NCBI GenBank assembly: GCA_964401485.1
Contig: CAYNYL010000001.1
Span: 67,834 to 131,833, forward strand
Direction: 5' to 3'
Source: an uncultured Gammaproteobacteria bacterium
GTDB taxonomy: Bacteria; Patescibacteriota; Patescibacteriia; UBA9934
DNA: 64,000 nucleotides
Positions 57,435-64,000 of the stretch are shown here, one piece after another. Each line of letters starts with the position of its first letter. The stretch's first letter is position 1. The notes below the pieces were generated by a model that saw only the letters and a list, made by a program, of their open reading frames with translations, ran no database searches and was not told the DNA's origin. The position numbers and the translations under genes were made by a program.

Positions 57435-57922
57435 ACAGTTGGTAAAACAAGTGGTGGCTTCTCTTCTTTCTTTGGTTTCTCTTCATCGGCCTTTTTCGCA
57501 ATTCCCTCCGCGAGACGGGCACGGAAAATCGCTCCAAGAACTCCGTTCACAAATTTTCCCGAGGCCTCTCCCCCATAATTTTTCGCGAGCTCAATCGCTT
57601 CGTTAATTGCGACTTTCGAAGGAATCCCTTCGTCAAACATGAGCTCGTAGGCTCCGACGCGAAGAACGCTTCGATCGGTATTTGTCATCTCAGATAACGG
57701 CCACTCCGGAGCGAACTTTGTTAACGCTTCATCCACTTCGCCAAGATGAGAGATGATTCCCTCAACCTGTTTCTCAACGTACCCGCTATCGTCAAAACCC
57801 GGTGCAAACTCCTCGCGCACATGCTCAACCATTTCCGGAAGACGCTCGGTTGGTCGGCCGTGAAAGTCCCACTGAAACAGGACCTGCATGACCATGGTAC
57901 GAGCTAAATGACGATTCGACAT
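57431..57922 (-). CDS. nusB: transcription antitermination factor NusB
   Basis: [15 protein letters not shown]-terminus with an all-helical NusB fold and a Lys/Glu-rich tail. Confidence 0.8.
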   Translation of the reverse strand: MSNRHLARTMVMQVLFQWDFHGRPTERLPEMVEHVREEFAPGFDDSGYVEKQVEGIISHLGEVDEALTKFAPEWPLSEMTNTDRSVLRVGAYELMFDEGIPSKVAINEAIELAKNYGGEASGKFVNGVLGAIFRARLAEGIAKKADEEKPKKEEKPPLVLPTV

Positions 57923-57981
57923 AGTGGTTCAAGTATACTAAAGGCGTTCGCAAAAACCAAACATGCCCCGAAGGGCATGTG

Positions 57982-58236
57982 TTATTCCGCTTTAGCGGTC
58001 TTCTTTTTCGTGGTCTTTTTTGGCTTGGTCGCTTTCGCTTCCGCCTTCTTTTCAACCGCCTTTTCAACGATCGCTTCAACCTTCTTTACTTTCTTCATCG
58101 CTGAAGGTGGAGCTCGGTGTGGAAGACGCGCTTCTCCGGTTTTCTTGTCGGTAACGATAAGAATCGGCTTGAGGGCGTGGTGCGATCGTCGTCGTCGGAC
58201 TTTTGAGCGTGAGCTTCTAAATGATGGTAATGGCAT
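57982..58236 (-). CDS. rpmF: 50S ribosomal protein L32 with a Lys/Ala/Glu-rich C-terminal extension
   Basis: SRSKVRRRRSHHAL matches the L32 core. A KA-rich extension of about 35 aa follows. Confidence 0.7.
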   Translation of the reverse strand: MPLPSFRSSRSKVRRRRSHHALKPILIVTDKKTGEARLPHRAPPSAMKKVKKVEAIVEKAVEKKAEAKATKPKKTTKKKTAKAE

Positions 58237-58308
58237 AGACGGGTAAATTCAATGGGCAAATGATAACTGAAAGCGGTTTTTTCGTCAAGAATTGGGGTAA
58301 AAACATAC

Positions 58309-58343
58309 GAAGAGACCGACCCTCTGGGGCGAGGGTCGGTCTA
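58309..58343 (-). terminator. perfect 12-bp GC-rich hairpin downstream of the orphan gene
   Basis: GAGACCGACCCTC..GAGGGTCGGTCT. Confidence 0.4.
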
Positions 58344-58360
58344 AGCCGGAGCACCGCGGT

Positions 58361-58843
58361 CTAGCGGGGATCCGGGTAGGAAGTGCGCGGGAGACGCGCC
58401 GTCGGACTGTTGCGAACCGGACCCTCCTTCTTCTTGCGGCGAGAAGGGTTCTCGCGGTGGGCGAAGACGAAGGTCGGCTCGATTCCGCTTGGGAGGTTGG
58501 CCGAGACCGTCTGCTCGATGAAGTAACGCACGCGAGCCTGCGTGGCGCCGTCACTCTTCGTCACGAGGGCACTCTCTTCCGAGACTTGCTTGACGAGAAC
58601 CCGATCCTTCACCTGCCCAAAAAGGACCGTTACCTCGATCAGGCTCTCGATCTTGTCGCTCGGAAGGAAGTTGTTTCCGAGGTGAGCATGAACCTGTCGA
58701 CTCGTCGGGATGCTCTTCGCGAGCGCCCGCCGAATTTGCGCAGAGAGTTCGTCGGGCGAACCGTCACCGATAAGTTGAACCGTGACGGTGAACCAGGTTT
58801 CCACCCCGAAAGGATGAGTCCGCTCAGGACGCTGACGTCGCAT
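58361..58843 (-). CDS. hypothetical protein in a GC-rich islet
   Basis: About 160 aa from the MRRQRPERTHPFGV start. Local GC is about 60%. Confidence 0.4.
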   Translation of the reverse strand: MRRQRPERTHPFGVETWFTVTVQLIGDGSPDELSAQIRRALAKSIPTSRQVHAHLGNNFLPSDKIESLIEVTVLFGQVKDRVLVKQVSEESALVTKSDGATQARVRYFIEQTVSANLPSGIEPTFVFAHRENPSRRKKKEGPVRNSPTARLPRTSYPDPR

Positions 58844-58913
58844 GAACACTCCAGATGCCGGAATTGGCGGGCGTATAGTAGCAAAAATCCTTGCATTTAG
58901 CAAGGATTTGCTC

Positions 58914-59450
58914 TTAGCCGCGGGATTCAACCACCGACCACTGCAAGTTACTGAAAAATGCCTCGATATACTTCGCTCGCTCGCTTGGAAGGTAATCGAT
59001 GAGGAAGGCGTGCTCCCAGACGTCCATCGCGAGAAGAACGGTCACCCCGGCCAAATGACCAAGTTCATGGTCGCTCACCCAAATATTCATCAACCGTCCC
59101 GTCACTTCGTCACGCACAAGAAGCACCCAACCGATTCCACGCATCATCCCCATCTTCTTAAACTCCGCCGTCCACGCCTCCTCGGTTCCCCACTGCGCCA
59201 CGATCGCCTCACCAACCTTCGAACCCGTCCCCTCCCGTTTTTCAAACTGCTCAAAATAGAGCTCATGTAGTCGCATTCCGTTAAACTCAAACGCCAATCC
59301 CTTTTCCGAATCCTTCTTATAATCAGAAGCGTCAGCCAAAATCCGATTTACGTTCTTCACATATCCTGCATAAAGCCCCAAATGTGCCTCGATTTGCTTT
59401 GACGATAGCCCCGCAAGTTCCCCGAATGAAAATGTTTTTACTTCATACAT
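58914..59450 (-). CDS. sodA: Fe/Mn superoxide dismutase
   Basis: DVWEHAF metal-binding motif. The start was chosen at MYEVKTF. Confidence 0.85.
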   Translation of the reverse strand: MYEVKTFSFGELAGLSSKQIEAHLGLYAGYVKNVNRILADASDYKKDSEKGLAFEFNGMRLHELYFEQFEKREGTGSKVGEAIVAQWGTEEAWTAEFKKMGMMRGIGWVLLVRDEVTGRLMNIWVSDHELGHLAGVTVLLAMDVWEHAFLIDYLPSERAKYIEAFFSNLQWSVVESRG

Positions 59451-59536
59451 ATAGGCCGATTGTACTGTGGAAAAGTGCGGTTGTGAAGAGTGCCTTGGCA
59501 TGGCAAGATAGGACGGCTAATTACTAAGATGTACCT

Positions 59537-60205
59537 ATGAAGAAACTCGCCTTACTCGTTGCGAGCATCGCCCTTATTGGAGCGGGATGCCTTGCAAAAG
59601 AACCTGTTGAAACACCCGTTGTTACAGAAACCCAACCCGTTGTCCTTGTTGATGGAACTTACACGGTAAACGAAGGGAGCACGATTCGCTGGAGCGGACG
59701 AAAGCTCGGAACAGAGCATTTTGGAACAATCGGTCTTAAGTCAGGAACAGTAACCGTTGCAAACCAAGCGCTTACGAGCGGAGAATTGGTAATCGACGTT
59801 GGGACGCTTAAGGATGAGGATATCCAAATCGAAGCCCTCCGCAACCAACTCGAGAAGCACCTTAAGTCCGCAGACTTCTTCGATGTTGAGAAATTCCCAA
59901 CGGCAACAATTTCCATCATGGGAATCGAGGGAAGCACAGTGATCGCGAATGCAACAATCAAGGGCATTACAAAAGAAATCCGATTCCCTGTTGAACTCAT
60001 GACGGAAAATGATCTTCTCTACGTAAAGGGAACCTACGAAATGAACCGCGCGGATTTCGACATTCGCTACGGATCAAACACCTTCTTTGATAACCTCGGT
60101 GATTCGGCCGTCGCGGACGCCGTTCCTTTGACAATTGATCTCACTTTCAAAAGAGACGTTGTTGCAGAAGCGACAACCGAGGCAACGACAGAGGACAACG
60201 ACTAA
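59537..60205 (+). CDS. YceI-like lipoprotein
   Basis: Lipobox LIGAGC, with YceI-family sequence throughout. A terminator lies at 60220-60246. Confidence 0.7.
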   Translation: MKKLALLVASIALIGAGCLAKEPVETPVVTETQPVVLVDGTYTVNEGSTIRWSGRKLGTEHFGTIGLKSGTVTVANQALTSGELVIDVGTLKDEDIQIEALRNQLEKHLKSADFFDVEKFPTATISIMGIEGSTVIANATIKGITKEIRFPVELMTENDLLYVKGTYEMNRADFDIRYGSNTFFDNLGDSAVADAVPLTIDLTFKRDVVAEATTEATTEDND

Positions 60206-60255
60206 TACACAAATTAAAAACACCTCGCTCTCGCGGGGTGTTTTTTCGTTTAACA

Positions 60256-60606
60256 TTATTCCTCTACCGGAGTAGCCCTAACTGCATTTCCCCATTCTTG
60301 ACCCTCTCTCCAAATATGCAAGTACCAATACGCAGGCGCGGCAACGAATCCCGCCCAAAGAAGCGCGATCGACCACCCAATCTTTTCTTTCCAGTGCATA
60401 CCTTTATTCCTGTAGACCAAGCGAATGAAAAAGAAGGCCCCTAGTATGAGTAGTATTCCAATTATCAATACAACTAGTACGACAATTGTCACCTCAGTAT
60501 CAGTGTCGGCAATCGGTCCTGACGCAGTTAGAGCCGCGGTTGTTATTTTAAAAGCCGGGAACAGAAACGCTATAGCCCCCAACCCAATTTTTTTCACTTT
60601 TGTCAT
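60256..60606 (-). CDS. hypothetical membrane protein
   Basis: 116 aa with three predicted transmembrane segments. Confidence 0.4.
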   Translation of the reverse strand: MTKVKKIGLGAIAFLFPAFKITTAALTASGPIADTDTEVTIVVLVVLIIGILLILGAFFFIRLVYRNKGMHWKEKIGWSIALLWAGFVAAPAYWYLHIWREGQEWGNAVRATPVEE

Positions 60607-60624
60607 ATTCGCGTCTTTATTTCA

Positions 60625-60939
60625 TCAATCCCCAACCCTCCAAATAAACATCCTGCCATCATCGGTAAGCTCCATAAATTCAGAGTCCTCGGCCGCATCT
60701 TGACGCAAAGAAACGAAAACCTTAACACCCCCATCAAAATGGAGAACGGCCTCAGAATTCAACTCGACAAGATCCGTACATATTCGTCCCACAAGATCGG
60801 AAAACATCCCTCCTTCAATTTTTGATGCGGCGTATAAATTCAACACGCCGCCATGATCGAATCGAATCTGAAAGTAATCCTCCCCGCGATCGGCGCTAAG
60901 GACCATTTTACCTACCACACGGTCTCGAATAAGGTTCAT
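60625..60939 (-). CDS. putative immunity protein for orphan RHS-CT toxin 1
   Basis: 104 aa. Its start lies 8 bp after the toxin stop, the typical toxin-immunity coupling. Confidence 0.5.
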   Translation of the reverse strand: MNLIRDRVVGKMVLSADRGEDYFQIRFDHGGVLNLYAASKIEGGMFSDLVGRICTDLVELNSEAVLHFDGGVKVFVSLRQDAAEDSEFMELTDDGRMFIWRVGD

Positions 60940-60947
60940 ATTTTGGA

Positions 60948-62047
60948 TTAATAATCAATCTGATGATGTGCCTCCTTCGGAGAAACAGTTTTTCCTGAAT
61001 AAGGATCCACTCCTTGACCAAGGCCATTTTGGTACTTAATATATCCTGTTGGATTTGGATTGTTTGGATCCATGATACGCATTTTATCAACCTGACCATT
61101 CGCCCCACCGTGTCCCCCTATGAATCCTGTTCCAGTCTGCGCACCGCTTCCGCCGATTGAAGGAACGGGTCCAACCGCCCCGTCAGGAACAGGATATGCG
61201 GTTCCTCCGGGCGTTACGATGAAATTAGGTACATTGCTCGAACCAGTTTGCACCGCCTTCTTAATCGGTCCATCAACCGCCTTCACCGCCGCCTCCCCGA
61301 CAATCAAACCTCCTTTCACCCCCTTCGAGCTAACCCCGGGAATTGCGAGTGCCGCTACTGCGATACCACGATCCGCGACAGACAGAGTCTTTCCGGTTGC
61401 TACATCCTTGCCTACGACCACCGAGTAAGCGTCGGAGAAGGTGTCGACACCGGGAGTAGCCGAGATCACCGACATCGTCGTTTTACTGATAGCGCGGTCA
61501 ATATTGATAATTGCCCGTACGGCCCATGTCGCCTTTATAGCCTTCATTCCACTAGGATCGTACATCGAGATCGGATTATTTCTTGCGTAGGCGTACTTGT
61601 TGAGAGACTGCGGATCGTAGTAGTCACCTTCCCAAGGATCCAGGCTTAAGAATCTTCCGGTGTCGGTCGAGAGGTAACGAGCTTCAAAATAGGAAAGATC
61701 GGTTTCTTCGTCTCGCTCTTTATTCGTGTAGTCGAAACGATTATCGGAAGGGGTACCAATGACCTCGTCCACGAGGACGTTACCATAGGGTTCATAGTAT
61801 TTGAAGGACACTAGATCTCCAGCATCGTCCGTCATTACCGCAACAGATCCGAGGTGATCCGTGTGGATCCACTCTTCGGTTAGGTCGTTCCGTCGTCCGT
61901 TCGTTTGAAGACCGGCGCGCCGTTGAGAGAAAGGTGATGTTCGGTGTCGCCATTAGCCGTAATTACGTAGTCGCCGAGATATGCCGTTCCACCACCTTGA
62001 CGTTCAAGGCATTGCAAACTACTCAAGCCGATCAAGATGAACCAATC
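60948..62047 (-). pseudogene. orphan RHS C-terminal cassette 1: RHS repeat-associated core plus a variable C-terminal toxin domain, disrupted by a 1-nt frameshift near 61890
   Basis: The intact ORF 60948..61835 begins DHLGSVAVMTDDAGDL...YYEPYGNVL...GRFLSLDPWEG...NKYAYARNNP. Upstream, a different frame encodes YLGDYVITANGDTEHHLSLNG, homologous to copy 2, and ends at a stop. Confidence 0.6.
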
Positions 62048-62870
62048 TTAATTCATTAACCATTGGAAGCCACTTTTCTGATTTTTCGTCTATATCTTCC
62101 TCAAAATCTTCTTTAAAGATCTTGATAAGCTCCTCTTTGAGATCAGAAACATTCCCGTTTTCAAGAATTGCACCTATCCGCAAGGCTTCGTGGGAATAAT
62201 CAAAATCATCTCCATACTTCCTAAACTCCATAATGTCATATCGGTCGAGAATCGCTTCAACAATTTTTGTTCTACGCTCAATTCTTGGAAGATCCGTTAT
62301 CCAGGATGGCTCTGGAGGGAAAAAACCACTTGACCGTCTGTAAACATCCACTAAACGTTCAACTTCAAATTCGAGCATTTCGTGCAAGCTCCCCCAACTT
62401 CTTATCGAATCGCAGGTCTCCCGATCAATATGCTCGACTATGCCACTATTCACATCCATAATTAAGTAATCCGATTCTTGGCCTACGCTTCCTACAATCA
62501 TCTTATCGGCAGATAACCCAATAGGTCTCTCGTCTGTATTCGCGGTTACAATGTCAAACGGTAGCCACCGCCCCATCCCCATGCGATCGGAACGCCAGCG
62601 TTTTCCATAGATACTTAACCGACCAGCGAAGAGGCTTAATCCATTTGTTTCATGCAAGAACCGAATGAACTCAGGGTGAATCCGCCCGATTTGCGATTCG
62701 AGATGATTAATTTCTTCATCCGAAAGTGGGGCCCACAGAACATGATATTTAGCTTCCGATCCCAAGTGCTCTGCTCGACCCACGAGCTCAGTACCGCCAG
62801 GTAAAATCTCATAACCGGTTTCAATGACTAATCGTACGGCCGGGTTCAGGATATCTCTATATTTCTGCAT
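62019..62870 (-). CDS. SUKH/Smi1-Knr4-family immunity protein
   Basis: 283 aa containing FIRFLHETNGLSLFAGRLSIYG. Confidence 0.6.
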   Translation of the reverse strand: MQKYRDILNPAVRLVIETGYEILPGGTELVGRAEHLGSEAKYHVLWAPLSDEEINHLESQIGRIHPEFIRFLHETNGLSLFAGRLSIYGKRWRSDRMGMGRWLPFDIVTANTDERPIGLSADKMIVGSVGQESDYLIMDVNSGIVEHIDRETCDSIRSWGSLHEMLEFEVERLVDVYRRSSGFFPPEPSWITDLPRIERRTKIVEAILDRYDIMEFRKYGDDFDYSHEALRIGAILENGNVSDLKEELIKIFKEDFEEDIDEKSEKWLPMVNELRLVHLDRLE

Positions 62871-63072
62871 ACGTTATTCAACCAAATCCCCACTAGTAGG
62901 GTTTTGCCAATTTCCTCCATGTGCATCAAGATGCTCGTTGCGAGTTTTAAATGTAATATTATGCGGATCACCGGCAAGCTCCGGGTAGGCTTTTACGCTA
63001 TTGATATGATGACCTTGGAATCCGGAGGCTTTTCCTGTTTCGATAATTTCCTTAACTTGCTCTATGCAAACT

Positions 63073-63795
63073 TCAATGCAACCAAATATTCACGCCCGAT
63101 AGCGCAATGGGAACCGTAGCGGCAAACTGGGTAAATTCTATTTCCTGAGGCGTAAGCGGCTTCTGCGTCACCATGTTCACCCCAGAGACCGCCTCATACG
63201 AGTCTCGAAAATCGGATACACCGGGGATGAAGCTCGTGCCGAGGTCAACTATTGCCCCGAGCACCGCGTCGAGTCCGCGCATGATTCTAAATGCACTAAA
63301 CTTTTCCCCCGTCGGGTCATTGTACGTGATCGGATTATTTCTTGCGTAGGCGTACTTGTTGAGAGACTGCGGGTCGAAGTAATCTCCTTCCCATGGATCT
63401 TGGCTTAAGAATCTGCCGAGATCGGTTGAGAGGTATCTTGCTTCGAAGTAGGAAAGACCGGTTTCGGCGTCGCGTTCTTTGTTTGTGAACTCGAAGCGAT
63501 TTTCTGGAGGAGTACCAATGATCTCATCCACGAGGAGGTTACCATACGGTTCGTAATACTTGAAGGAGGTTAAATCTCCTTGGTCGTCGGTCATGGCAGA
63601 CACCGATCCAAGGTGATCAGCATGGATCCATTGGTCAGTGACGGTCATTCCATCGTCATGGCGCTCAAAGATTGGAGAACCGTTAAGAGAGAGGTGGTGC
63701 TCGGTGTCGCCGTTCGGGGCAATGACATAGTCTCCGAGGTAGACGGTGGTGTCGGAGGAGTTGACGATCTTTTGGATGCGGTCGCCGGCGCTACT
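63073..63795 (-). CDS. orphan RHS C-terminal cassette 2: RHS core plus a distinct C-terminal toxin domain
   Basis: VYLGDYVIAPNGDTEHHLSLNG...WIHADHLGSV...YYEPYGNLL...GRFLSQDPWEG...NKYAYARNNP, then a tail unrelated to copy 1. The first ATG is at 63648. The homologous frame is open back to the stop at 63796-63798. Confidence 0.6.
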   Translation of the reverse strand, partial: SSAGDRIQKIVNSSDTTVYLGDYVIAPNGDTEHHLSLNGSPIFERHDDGMTVTDQWIHADHLGSVSAMTDDQGDLTSFKYYEPYGNLLVDEIIGTPPENRFEFTNKERDAETGLSYFEARYLSTDLGRFLSQDPWEGDYFDPQSLNKYAYARNNPITYNDPTGEKFSAFRIMRGLDAVLGAIVDLGTSFIPGVSDFRDSYEAVSGVNMVTQKPLTPQEIEFTQFAATVPIALSGVNIWLH

Positions 63796-64000
63796 CTATT
63801 ACAATGCCAATGTTTCTTAGTTGTTTTTTTGGATTCCAGTTGGCGGGCCTTGCCACTATACCGATATCCTCCGAATCCCATTTCATTCCCCCCTTGATCC
63901 AATTCTGACGATACTGATTTATGAGAACCTCTTCACTCTCCGTTTCCGAGTAGTCGGCATAACCCGTCTGAAAACCGCACGATGAACAGATCTCGTAGGA
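63791..64000 (-). CDS. 3' end of an unassigned minus-strand ORF; the 5' part lies beyond the window
   Basis: The frame is open from the window edge to a TAG at 63791-63793 and reads ...NQYRQNWIKGGMKWDSEDIGIVARPANWNPKKQLRNIGIVIE. It may be the immunity gene or toxin tip of an upstream full-length RHS locus. Confidence 0.3.
   Translation of the reverse strand, partial: SYEICSSCGFQTGYADYSETESEEVLINQYRQNWIKGGMKWDSEDIGIVARPANWNPKKQLRNIGIVIE

Noticed and set aside
1-64000. CRISPR arrays, insertion-sequence transposases, integrases
   Set aside because: No short regularly spaced repeat arrays, no DDE/transposase-like or tyrosine/serine recombinase ORFs, and no terminal inverted repeats flanking the GC-rich islands were seen by eye. 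The islands therefore look like cargo-only insertions.

Overview
This 64-kb window comes from a small-genome bacterium with about 48% GC. It carries a large block of ribosomal and translation genes on the minus strand, running from rpsL to rplO and on through secY, adk and map. Ribosomal protein L30 is missing between S5 and L15. AspRS and ProRS are short, archaeal-type enzymes. Every tRNA gene encodes its 3' CCA. These traits fit a Candidate-Phyla-Radiation-like lineage, but that is an inference from the sequence alone.

Other housekeeping genes fill the rest of the core: scpAB, recO, ruvX, murA, ndk, comEC, ugd, leuS, gdh, trxAB, infB, truB, rny, hup, proS, rnc, nusB, rpmF and sodA. There are four tRNAs: Leu-CAA, Met-CAU, Arg-UCG and Lys-CUU.

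Several short islands of roughly 57-62% GC interrupt this core. Their genes are orphans with strong GGAGG ribosome-binding sites and GC-rich hairpin terminators. The islands are:
- a hypothetical gene at 769..1143;
- a tandem trio of orphan genes at 1696..3615, in which two near-identical 107-bp terminator-promoter-RBS cassettes each precede a diverged paralog;
- a 473-aa orphan at 29652..31073;
- a four-gene insert between trxB and trxA, with a PEGA-repeat protein, an Arg-rich ORF, a DUF218 protein and a Cys/His-rich ORF, bracketed by a 16-bp direct repeat;
- a 160-aa orphan at 58361..58843.

Other accessory content:
- An unassigned transcript of about 510 nt at 3985..4497 has its own sigma70-like promoter and intrinsic terminator.
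- Two ORF6N-domain paralogs each sit downstream of a GATCACA/TGTGATC inverted repeat.
- A small acidic protein with its own promoter sits between fusA and tuf.
- ComEC is split into two overlapping ORFs.
- The 3' end of the window holds tandem orphan RHS C-terminal toxin cassettes with cognate immunity genes, one a SUKH/Smi1-type; the first cassette is frameshifted.
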